Shown here: piece after piece, positions 28,564 to 37,615 of the stretch
How positions within the stretch are numbered: the stretch's first letter is position 1
How the letters are laid out: each line of letters begins with the position of its first letter
Assembly (NCBI GenBank): GCA_028282585.1
Contig: JANQHR010000117.1
Coordinates: forward strand, 1 to 64,000
DNA: 64,000 nucleotides
Reading direction: 5' to 3'
From: Bacteroidales bacterium
GTDB lineage: Bacteria > Bacteroidota > Bacteroidia > Bacteroidales > UBA12077
The notes under the pieces: generated by a model
The model's database searches: none
Seen by the model: the letters and a program-made list of their open reading frames with translations, nothing else
Told to the model about the DNA's origin: nothing
Program-made: the position numbers and the translations under genes

Positions 28564-29991
28564 CTATTTCTTTCTTATATCAAGGCAAACCATTGTTTTA
28601 GAATCCCTCAAAATCAGATATCCGTCTGCAATTGCTAATGGTCCCCACGCATCCACTCCATCAATTATTTTAGCCTTATCCAATAAGGTAAATTTAGTAG
28701 TACTTGCTTTAGCAATATTTAATGTTCCGTCGTCATTTAAAATAAAGAATTTGTCATCAGCAATAATATAAGGACCTAGACCATATCGATCTTCTTTCCC
28801 GCTGGTCCACAATATTGTTTGACAATCATTCGGATCACAACATACAAATTGATTACGCATTCCTGCTGCATCTTTTGGCAGGATTGAAAACATTCTGCCT
28901 TTATAATAAATTGGAGTTTGCTGTTCACTGGCAACACCATCCTTGGGCTTGTACTTTTGTAAAACTTCGACTGAATATTTTCCAGCATTTTCTTTAATTT
29001 GAAAAAGCATAGCACCTGCACCATAACCGGCAGTCATAAATATTCTTCCATTTTCAAGAACGAGTGGGGAAGGAGCAATAACCGTAGGTGAAAATTCAAT
29101 GGTTTTCCATAAGATTTGTCCGGCATCATCCCCCTCGGCTGATACTCCACAAATACCTCCAAGAGCGGCATATACGTACATCTTTTTACCATTTAAAGTC
29201 ATTGGCATTATGGATGAGTGTGACATTTTCCAGTTATCAGGATTTGGAGTTTCCCAAACTATTTCGCCCGTGGCAAGGTTAACAGCTATCATTAAAGATG
29301 AACCGCCAGGAGCAATAATTGCCAGATCCCCGTCAATCAAAGGACATTGACCAGTATACCAAAAAGGAACTTCAGTCATATATTCTTTTACAAGATCAAT
29401 TCCCCATAACAAATCTCCATTATTTGGATCAGTACACATTACATGACAACGCGGACCAATTGTAACTAAATACTTATCTGTAATTGCCGGAACCGTGCGA
29501 GACATTCCATGGTTTCTTTTAATGTTGATATTATAGGATCTGCGCCAGAGTTCTTCACCGGTTTCAAGCGAAAAACAACGTAATGCATCGCGTTTTTTAA
29601 ATTCATTATAATCAAGTATATATACTTTCCCATTGTAAATTACCGGAGCAGCATGACCTTCACCAAGTTCAACTCTCCATATTTCTTTTGGGGCATCTCC
29701 AAAATTGTCAATTAACGGAGTATTATCTTTTACAATATTGTCAAAATCAGCGCCACGAAAACGCGTCCATTTTCCCGTTAATAATGATGTTTGAGTACCA
29801 TATTCATCAAAACGTTCCCCAATATTCACTATTTCTTCTAATTCAGCGCTTTTTTCCGGTCGGTTGTCCATTCCGGGAACGCTAGCTACAAGCTCTTTAA
29901 CCGGATCTTTTGTAAACCACCACAAAAAGGACGAAACACTAATTAAAATAGTAATAAAAACTATAATCTTAACAAACCCCAATTTTAACAT
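28564..29991 (-). CDS. Membrane-anchored PQQ-like beta-propeller (P6)
   Basis: N-terminal TM; WTRFRGADFDN; TGEELW/TGEIVW; several Cys. Confidence 0.85.
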   Translation of the reverse strand: MLKLGFVKIIVFITILISVSSFLWWFTKDPVKELVASVPGMDNRPEKSAELEEIVNIGERFDEYGTQTSLLTGKWTRFRGADFDNIVKDNTPLIDNFGDAPKEIWRVELGEGHAAPVIYNGKVYILDYNEFKKRDALRCFSLETGEELWRRSYNINIKRNHGMSRTVPAITDKYLVTIGPRCHVMCTDPNNGDLLWGIDLVKEYMTEVPFWYTGQCPLIDGDLAIIAPGGSSLMIAVNLATGEIVWETPNPDNWKMSHSSIMPMTLNGKKMYVYAALGGICGVSAEGDDAGQILWKTIEFSPTVIAPSPLVLENGRIFMTAGYGAGAMLFQIKENAGKYSVEVLQKYKPKDGVASEQQTPIYYKGRMFSILPKDAAGMRNQFVCCDPNDCQTILWTSGKEDRYGLGPYIIADDKFFILNDDGTLNIAKASTTKFTLLDKAKIIDGVDAWGPLAIADGYLILRDSKTMVCLDIRKK

Positions 29992-30041
29992 AATTCCCTT
30001 ACAAATCGTATATTCCTAGATGTATTAAATCTAGCGGATTA

Positions 30042-31280
30042 TTACTTTTTTTTAATATCAAAAGCCATTAAAGCATCCATATGCCTGATATATAAAATAC
30101 CATTATGAATAACAGGATGCGACCAATGCGGGCCGGTACCAAGTGGAATTTTGAAAGAACTTATTATGTCAAATTTTTCAGGATTTGCATTTACCAAAGC
30201 TAAAAAGCCGGTTTTTTCTTCATAGCAATATAGTTTTCCTTCTGCTGAAATAATTGATCCCTTTGTTTTCCATTTAGTTTCGTATTTCATTTCGCCTGTT
30301 TCCCAGTTGATACAACACCAGTTACCTTGCCCGTTATTGATCCAGTTGGAGCCATAAATGTGTCCATCAACTAACACAACTCCGCCATGATGAACATCCA
30401 ATACAGAATCTACCCACGCTAAAGATACAGACTCCCAATTTTCATTAAGGTTTAACTTAACGCTTTTATGATTATAACCACTTGTAATATATAAACCGTT
30501 ATTATGGTATAAAGGAGTATTTGTTTGATTCTTCCTTCTTTCTCCTGCATAGGATCTGATGTCAAATTTCCAAATAATTTCACCTTTATCAGGAGTTACA
30601 CCAATTATATAATTTGGAGTAACTGAAACAATTAGTCTTTTATTACCTTCTTCAATTAAAAGAGGTGATGAATAGGATGGATTTTCTTTAATACTTTCAG
30701 AAGTCCAGATTGTTTCTCCGGTATTTTTATTTAAGGCAATCATATTTGTTTGATAACCACCCGTTGTATAAATAAGCTTATCATCAACAATTAACAAAGA
30801 TTCGGCAATTCCCCACCTACCGATAGAACCTTGGTATTCTTCAATTGCTTTAATGGTCCAGATAATTTCACCAGTGATTGCATTTATGCAAGCTATATCT
30901 CCTTGTCCACTTGAAACATAAGCTTTATCGTTTTCAACGGTAGGAGTTGATCTGCTATCCGGATAACCTTTTTCTCTGGCTCGTCCATATGGAGTTTGCC
31001 ATTTTATTGTTCCATTAATATCAACTGCAATAAGAACATCTTTAGTATTGTCAATACCGGTAAAATATATAGTATTGTTTGCTACTGAAACGGATGAGTA
31101 TCCTTTATAAAGATTTTCAACAGACCATAATAATTTAGGTCCGTTTTCAGGCCATTTATCTAATAGTCCGGTTTCGTTATAAACTCCTGTTCTTCCTGGC
31201 CCCCGCCATTGGGCAAAATCCTGTGCCGGAACAATTTGATATAAGCATATAGATACAAAAAAGAGCAATATTTTTTTCAT
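30042..31280 (-). CDS. PQQ-like beta-propeller (P5), exported
   Basis: Signal peptide ending VPA-Q; QWRG..WPENGPKLLW; DVHHGG; WCCINWETG; HWSHPVI. Confidence 0.87.
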   Translation of the reverse strand: MKKILLFFVSICLYQIVPAQDFAQWRGPGRTGVYNETGLLDKWPENGPKLLWSVENLYKGYSSVSVANNTIYFTGIDNTKDVLIAVDINGTIKWQTPYGRAREKGYPDSRSTPTVENDKAYVSSGQGDIACINAITGEIIWTIKAIEEYQGSIGRWGIAESLLIVDDKLIYTTGGYQTNMIALNKNTGETIWTSESIKENPSYSSPLLIEEGNKRLIVSVTPNYIIGVTPDKGEIIWKFDIRSYAGERRKNQTNTPLYHNNGLYITSGYNHKSVKLNLNENWESVSLAWVDSVLDVHHGGVVLVDGHIYGSNWINNGQGNWCCINWETGEMKYETKWKTKGSIISAEGKLYCYEEKTGFLALVNANPEKFDIISSFKIPLGTGPHWSHPVIHNGILYIRHMDALMAFDIKKK

Positions 31281-31283
31281 AGA

Positions 31284-32558
31284 TTAATTCTTTTTAATGT
31301 TGTAAGCCATTAGGGCACCCATACGCCTAATGTATAAAATGCCGTCCTTAATTACCGGATGCGACCAGTTTGGTCCTTTACCCAACGGAATCTGGAATGA
31401 ACTTATTATATCAAATTTCTCAGGATTTGCATTTACCAAAGCTAAAAAGCCGGTTTTTTCTTCATAGCAATACAATTTCCCTTCTGCTGAAATAATTGAT
31501 CCTTTCGTTTTCCAGGTTGTTGTATATTTAGTTTCACCTGTTTCCCAATCAATACAACACCAGTCACCCTTTCTGTTGTTGATCCAGTTTGATCCGTAAA
31601 TATAACCATCAACTAATACGGTTGCTCCATGATGAACATCCAGTGTTTTATCGATCCATTTTATTTCAACTTTGGAAAGATCTTTAGCCAAATCGAACAT
31701 AACGCCAACGTGATCATAACCACTTGTAACATATATATTGTAATCTTTGTAAATCGGACTGTTTGTATTTGTAAACGGGCCACCATCCCAAAAAGCTACT
31801 GATACTTCATCACTAATAGAGGCATAATCTTTATGAAAAAGGATATCTCCATTTTTTGCATCTACTCCAATAAGATTCGATGCTAAGACATTAATTATTA
31901 CATTTTTATTATTGATCTTAGCTACGATTGGTGAAGCGTAACCAGGTTTATCATTTAATGTTTTGCTTTTCCAGATTGTTTCTCCGGTGTTTTTATCCAG
32001 TGCTACCATTGTAGTTTTATCGCCACATGGTGTAAAAATAACTTTTTCGTTAACAATTAATGGAGATTCAGCAATTCCCCAGTTACCAAAATTGCCTTCG
32101 AATCTTCTGCTTGCATTAAATAACCAAATTTTTTCACCGGTTAATGCATTGAAACATCCAATATCTCCGGTTCCACTAGTTACCCATACTTTATCACCTT
32201 CTACGGTTGGGGTGCAGCGGCTTGGAGGAAACGATTGCATCCACCCCTTACCAATTGGAGTCTCCCATTGTTTTTCACCTTTCAAATCCAGTGCAAATAA
32301 TACATCCATGGTATCCTTTAAACCAGTTGAATAAATTAAACCATTTGCAACAGATACAGAAGAATATCCTTCAGGTAATTCACTTACCGACCATAATAAT
32401 TCTGGTCCTTCTTCAGGCCATTCTGTTAACAGACCTGTTTCATTGTAAATTCCATCTCTATTTTCACCGCGCCATTGGCTCTTTTCATTAAGTTTTTCAG
32501 AGTTAAGAGTTGTTGATAAAATAAGAGTTGATATAAAAAAAATGTTTAAAATATTCAT
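31284..32558 (-). CDS. PQQ-like beta-propeller (P4), exported
   Basis: QWRGENRDG..WPEEGPELLW; DVHHGA; WCCIDWETG; NWSHPVI. Confidence 0.87.
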   Translation of the reverse strand: MNILNIFFISTLILSTTLNSEKLNEKSQWRGENRDGIYNETGLLTEWPEEGPELLWSVSELPEGYSSVSVANGLIYSTGLKDTMDVLFALDLKGEKQWETPIGKGWMQSFPPSRCTPTVEGDKVWVTSGTGDIGCFNALTGEKIWLFNASRRFEGNFGNWGIAESPLIVNEKVIFTPCGDKTTMVALDKNTGETIWKSKTLNDKPGYASPIVAKINNKNVIINVLASNLIGVDAKNGDILFHKDYASISDEVSVAFWDGGPFTNTNSPIYKDYNIYVTSGYDHVGVMFDLAKDLSKVEIKWIDKTLDVHHGATVLVDGYIYGSNWINNRKGDWCCIDWETGETKYTTTWKTKGSIISAEGKLYCYEEKTGFLALVNANPEKFDIISSFQIPLGKGPNWSHPVIKDGILYIRRMGALMAYNIKKN

Positions 32559-32569
32559 AATATTTAGAT

Positions 32570-33829
32570 TTAGGTTTTCGATATATTATATGCCATTAGC
32601 GATTTTCCATGACGTACATATAAAATTCCATTGTGAATAACCGGATGCGACCAATGCGGACCTGTACCTTCGGTTATCTTAAAAGAACTTACAACTTTAA
32701 ATTCGTTCGGATTTGGTTCAACTAACGCAATATTTCCTTTTGCTTCATCATAACAATATAACATTCCATCTGCATAAATTATTGCCCCTTTTGTTTCCCA
32801 TTCAATTTCATATTCTTTTTTACCTGTTTCCCAATCAATGCAACACCAATTTCCCTGACGATTATTTATCCAGTTGGATCCATATATTTTACCATCGATT
32901 GCCACAACACCGCCATGATGAGTATCTAAAATAGTATCGGTCCACATTAGTTCAATCCCAGAATTATCATTTAATATGTTAAACATGGCACCAATATGGT
33001 TATATCCGCTTGTAACATATATTTGACCATTTTGATAAAGAGGAGTGTTGCAATTATTAATAGGAGCTAAGGGATGAGTTATATTTTTATAAAGATCATG
33101 GTAGTTGAACTTCCATAAAATATTACCATTTAAAATATCGATTCCAATTAAGTGTGTTGCAGTTACGTTGACAATAATATCCTTTTGCCCATGATTGATT
33201 ATAATAGGAGAAGCATAAGCGGTTGAGTCATTATTAGTTTCACTCTCCCAGATTTCTTTGCCAGTTTCTTTATCAAGAGCAACCATAGTAGTTCTTCTGC
33301 CTATAGCAGAAAAGATTACTTTGTTATTGTAAACCAATGGAGATTCGGCATTACCCCATACGTTTAATATAGCTTCGTATTTTTCAGAAAGGTTAGATTC
33401 CCAATTAATCTTACCCGTACTAGCATCTAGACAGGCAACATCACCTAATCCACTTGTAACATATAATTTACCATTATCATATGTAGGTGTACATCTTGCT
33501 TCAGGATAAGAAGCATTCCAGGCGCGACCATATATTGTTCTCCATAGGATATTGCCTTTTAAGTCAATAGCAATAACTTCATCTAAAGAGTCCACCGTTC
33601 CCGTGAGATAAATTGCGTTATCAGCAATTGACATAGATGAATTACCCATGCTAAGCAAATCTGTTGACCATAATAGTTCCGGGCCATCAGCAGGCCATTT
33701 TTTTAATAGATTAGTTTCATCATAAATTCCATCTCTATTATTTCCTCTCCATTGAGTTATATCGCTAACAGAATCCTTGCACTGAATAAATGCAAGGCTA
33801 ATCGCTATTAATAAAATAAGTTTTCTCAT
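32570..33829 (-). CDS. PQQ-like beta-propeller lipoprotein (P3)
   Basis: Start taken at MRKLILL; lipobox-like FIQC; QWRG; DTHHGG; WCCIDWETG; HWSHPVI. Confidence 0.87.
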   Translation of the reverse strand: MRKLILLIAISLAFIQCKDSVSDITQWRGNNRDGIYDETNLLKKWPADGPELLWSTDLLSMGNSSMSIADNAIYLTGTVDSLDEVIAIDLKGNILWRTIYGRAWNASYPEARCTPTYDNGKLYVTSGLGDVACLDASTGKINWESNLSEKYEAILNVWGNAESPLVYNNKVIFSAIGRRTTMVALDKETGKEIWESETNNDSTAYASPIIINHGQKDIIVNVTATHLIGIDILNGNILWKFNYHDLYKNITHPLAPINNCNTPLYQNGQIYVTSGYNHIGAMFNILNDNSGIELMWTDTILDTHHGGVVAIDGKIYGSNWINNRQGNWCCIDWETGKKEYEIEWETKGAIIYADGMLYCYDEAKGNIALVEPNPNEFKVVSSFKITEGTGPHWSHPVIHNGILYVRHGKSLMAYNISKT

Positions 33830-33854
33830 GGTTGATGATCGATTTAATTTAAAA

Positions 33855-35084
33855 TTAACTTGCTGCAATATCGTAAACTAATAAGCTATTTGCATAACGT
33901 ATATAAAGTTTTTTATCTTTTATTACCGGGTGTGCAATATGATCTTTCTTTTTGCCAGGTGCTTTGAAAGTGCTAATAACCTCAAAACTGTTTTCAGTAG
34001 GTTTTACCAAATGAACTTCACCGGAATATGAGTAAGCATAGATCAATCCTTCTGCAGAAATAATAGAAGCAGGACCAATCAGTTCTGAAGAATCTTTTAC
34101 AGCACCGGTTTTCCAGTCAACTACAGAAAAAACCTTTTTATCCCAAGATCCACCGTAAATATTATTTCCAATTTTAAGGACATCACCATGTTCTAAGTCG
34201 AATAAATCGCTTCGCCAGACTTCTTCTATAGAGTTACCATCTTCTGAAATCTCCATCATTACACTTCCAAACCCCCATCCATTCATTGCGAAGATGTATC
34301 CATTATCATAGATAGGGACATTAGCATGAATACCATGTGGATATTTTAAATCATGACTCCAAATTAGTTTTCCGGATTCAGGTTCAAGAGCAAGAATAGA
34401 TTTGGCAGTCATTGTAACAAATAGTTTTCTACCATTATGATTAATTATTGTTGGTGATGCATATGCGCTAATTTCATGAACACCCTTACTTTTCCATACT
34501 AACTCGCCCGAAAAACGATCCAATGCTAAAATATTATTTTCGATTGTATCACCTGGAGTGCAATAAACAATATTGTCATCAATCAAAAGATTTTCGCAGA
34601 ATCCAAAATATGGGGTAACTGCATTATACTCCTCGATCCAATCCTTTTCCCATATTATATCGCCGTTGTCTGTATCAAAACAAACCATTTTGCCATAATC
34701 GGAAATAAGATATCCTAACCCGTCTCTGATTATAGGAGTGGTTCTAACGCCGGGATAAGGTTTTTGCCATGATTTACCAAATGGTTTTTTCCACAACAAA
34801 TTTCCATCCAGATCCAAAGCAAAAACGTATGCAGTACTATCTGCAGTTCCTGTAATATATACCTTTTTAGAAGTTACAGCTGCAGTAGTGTAGCCATTAC
34901 CGAGTCCTTCATATTTCCATAAAAGTTCGGGGCCATTTTCTGGCCATTCGTTTAATAGCCCGGTTTCCGGATAAAAACCAGTTCTTTCTGGGCCACGCCA
35001 TTCGCTTATTTCAGATTCTGTTACAGTACATTGATAAATTACTGGTATTAAGATTAGTAAAAACAAATAAAATTTAGGTTTCAT
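33855..35084 (-). CDS. PQQ-like beta-propeller, probable lipoprotein (P2)
   Basis: IYQC; EWRGPERTG..WPENGPELLW; HIAHPVI. Confidence 0.86.
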   Translation of the reverse strand: MKPKFYLFLLILIPVIYQCTVTESEISEWRGPERTGFYPETGLLNEWPENGPELLWKYEGLGNGYTTAAVTSKKVYITGTADSTAYVFALDLDGNLLWKKPFGKSWQKPYPGVRTTPIIRDGLGYLISDYGKMVCFDTDNGDIIWEKDWIEEYNAVTPYFGFCENLLIDDNIVYCTPGDTIENNILALDRFSGELVWKSKGVHEISAYASPTIINHNGRKLFVTMTAKSILALEPESGKLIWSHDLKYPHGIHANVPIYDNGYIFAMNGWGFGSVMMEISEDGNSIEEVWRSDLFDLEHGDVLKIGNNIYGGSWDKKVFSVVDWKTGAVKDSSELIGPASIISAEGLIYAYSYSGEVHLVKPTENSFEVISTFKAPGKKKDHIAHPVIKDKKLYIRYANSLLVYDIAAS

Positions 35085-35101
35085 ATTTATTTAGGGATTG
35101 G

Positions 35102-36313
35102 TTATTCTCCGATATTGTATACCATTAGTGATCCGCCATGACGTACGTATAATCTCTTATTATTAATAACTAAATGTGCCCAGTGTTGTGCCTGACCATA
35201 TGGTACCCTGAATTTACCTTTAATTTCGAATTTGTTTTCCTTTGGTTCAACCAAAGCAATTTCTCCACCTTCGCTATAACAGTACAATAAGCCATCAGAA
35301 TAAATAATATTTCCGCTTTTAAAAATATTAGCTGAATATAAAGTCCGGCCTGTTTTCCAATCAATACAATGCCAGGTATTTCCACGATCTACTGATCCAT
35401 ATAACCTGCCATTAACTAAAACAAATCCGCCACTTTTGTGGTTAATATCCGCATTTCTCCAAAGCTCTGTTACACTTCTGCCATCAGCGGATAGTTTTAA
35501 CATTACACCTCCTTTACCATAACCGCTAACTATGTAAATCTGTCCGTCATGATAAATTGGAGTATTAGCATGAACTGCGTACCTGTTCGTTTGAGTATGC
35601 TTCCAAAGAAGTTCTCCGTTATTAACGTCAATTCCAAGAATATAATTAGTTGTTTGTGTTACAAAAATATATTTATCGTTATGCTTTATTACAGTAGGAG
35701 AGCAATAAGCACTAGCTTCCGATTCTCCCTGAGTTGTCCATATCAATTTACCATCATCTTTGTTTAAAGCAATAACATTATGTTCAACTCCACCAACAGT
35801 GCAGAATAGTTTATCTTCGTGAATGACAAGATTTTCGGTTATGCCCCATTTTATATTAACTCCACCATATTTATTCATTACATCAACGGTCCATATTATA
35901 TCGCCTGTATTCTTATTCATACAGTATATAATACCATAAGCACTCATTATATATATTTTTCCATCAGAAATTAATGGAGTTGTACGAACGCCATCCCAGC
36001 TTTCTACCCATTCTCTTCCATAAACCGATTTCCAGATTAATTTGCCATTGTGGTCCAGGGCAACAACAAATCCTTCACCATCAATTGTACCTGACGTATA
36101 AACTATATTTGAAGTAACTGCAGCAGATGCATGTCCAACACCTAATTCATCGAAATGCCACAAAAGTTCAGGACCGCCCGAAGGCCATTCTTTTAATAAA
36201 TTGGTTTCCTGATAAATCCCATCACGGTTTTCGCCACGCCATTGCGCCGTCTCTTGAGAAAAAATTGGGTTTGTAAAGAATAAAATCGCAATTAGCAAAT
36301 AAAAATTTTTCAT
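35102..36313 (-). CDS. PQQ-like beta-propeller (P1), exported; first gene of the cluster
   Basis: Signal peptide ending IFS-Q; QWRGENRDG..WPSGGPELLW; HWAHLVI. Confidence 0.87.
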   Translation of the reverse strand: MKNFYLLIAILFFTNPIFSQETAQWRGENRDGIYQETNLLKEWPSGGPELLWHFDELGVGHASAAVTSNIVYTSGTIDGEGFVVALDHNGKLIWKSVYGREWVESWDGVRTTPLISDGKIYIMSAYGIIYCMNKNTGDIIWTVDVMNKYGGVNIKWGITENLVIHEDKLFCTVGGVEHNVIALNKDDGKLIWTTQGESEASAYCSPTVIKHNDKYIFVTQTTNYILGIDVNNGELLWKHTQTNRYAVHANTPIYHDGQIYIVSGYGKGGVMLKLSADGRSVTELWRNADINHKSGGFVLVNGRLYGSVDRGNTWHCIDWKTGRTLYSANIFKSGNIIYSDGLLYCYSEGGEIALVEPKENKFEIKGKFRVPYGQAQHWAHLVINNKRLYVRHGGSLMVYNIGE

Positions 36314-36487
36314 AGTTCCTCCTTTTAAAATTTGTGTTAATTATTTTGGGATATCAAGATACAGAATTCTGAATATTAATTTTCCTTTATTTTTTACTTT
36401 TTTCAAATTTCGTACATTATATATTTAGAGTTCTCGCGAACTGAAAGGTTTAAATATATATATAATTGAAACTATGAAATAAAAAAA

Positions 36488-36536
36488 TAGACTTATTACA
36501 AAGCTAAGTAGATAAATAACCTTGTAATAAAGTCTA
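36488..36536 (-). terminator. Putative terminator after egtD
   Basis: TAGACTTATTACAA...TTGTAATAAAGTCTA inverted repeat next to an A-run (T-run on the minus strand). Confidence 0.5.
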
Positions 36537-36559
36537 ACTGCAATAAAAAAATATAGAAT

Positions 36560-37558
36560 TTATTTTTGAAACAGAACTAAAGCAAACCAATTGTTAGGAT
36601 CTGTGTAAATTTGTTTGATTTTTAAATTAGTAGATGATTCGAAATCTCTCATTCGGTTAAGAGTATATTTGTAAGAATTTTCAGTATGAATATTTTCATT
36701 TTTTTTAAAAGATATTCCGGATGATGAATAAGGTGTATGAATAATTAAATCTTTTTTTGCAATTAAATGCATTTCGATTCTTGACTCTTCTTTATTAAAA
36801 AATGCGCTGTGTTCGAAATCTTCTGAATTGAAATCTGAATCAATTATATCGTTAACTACGTTCAAAATATTTTTATTGAATTGGGCCGTTACATTTTGCT
36901 TATCGTTATAGGCGGCATGCAAAATATTTTCAGATTTTTTTAAATCTACACCTAGCAGAAATTGATCACCAGGGTTCATATTAGAGCTTAAGTTACTTAA
37001 AAATTGATCAGCTGCAGATTTAGTAAAGTTTCCAAGTGTACTTCCCAAAAAGAAAAACATTCTTTTTCTGGCCTTTGGGATTAAATCTAACTGATTTATA
37101 AAATCTGAAACTAAACCATTTACAGAGATTTCGGGAAATCGTTCAACTAAAATTTGTGCTGCATCGTAAATTGCCGATTGACTTACATCAATCGGAATAT
37201 AATTGATAGTTTCCAAATTGCCGGAAGAAATAGAATCTATTAAGATACTTATTTTAGAACAATCACCGCTTCCTAATTCTACCAAATCAATGTTTTTAAG
37301 GTCTTTCATTAATTCAGGAGCGATCTTTTCAAGAATACTTATTTCAGTTCGTGTTGGATAGTATTCCGGTAAATGAGTTATATCTTCGAATAATTTAGAT
37401 CCTTTTTCATCGTAAAAAAATTTACTGGAAATTCGTTTTTCATTTGCGATGAGACCTTCAATGATTTCTTTTCTAACGGTTTCAATACCTAAATCGTTAA
37501 GATGATTAGTGATTTTGATATGTTGAGCTTCAATGACTTCTGTTTCGATATAGTTCAT
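36560..37558 (-). CDS. egtD: L-histidine N-alpha-trimethyltransferase (EgtD/EanA)
   Basis: SKFFYDEKGSKLFEDITHLPEYYPTRTE, ELGSG, FLGSTLGN, AAYND, IHTENSYKY. Confidence 0.93.
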   Translation of the reverse strand: MNYIETEVIEAQHIKITNHLNDLGIETVRKEIIEGLIANEKRISSKFFYDEKGSKLFEDITHLPEYYPTRTEISILEKIAPELMKDLKNIDLVELGSGDCSKISILIDSISSGNLETINYIPIDVSQSAIYDAAQILVERFPEISVNGLVSDFINQLDLIPKARKRMFFFLGSTLGNFTKSAADQFLSNLSSNMNPGDQFLLGVDLKKSENILHAAYNDKQNVTAQFNKNILNVVNDIIDSDFNSEDFEHSAFFNKEESRIEMHLIAKKDLIIHTPYSSSGISFKKNENIHTENSYKYTLNRMRDFESSTNLKIKQIYTDPNNWFALVLFQK

Positions 37559-37615
37559 AAAATGAATTTTTACTTGAACTTATTAAATTTAACAATCTAT
37601 AATTGAATTTGTTAA

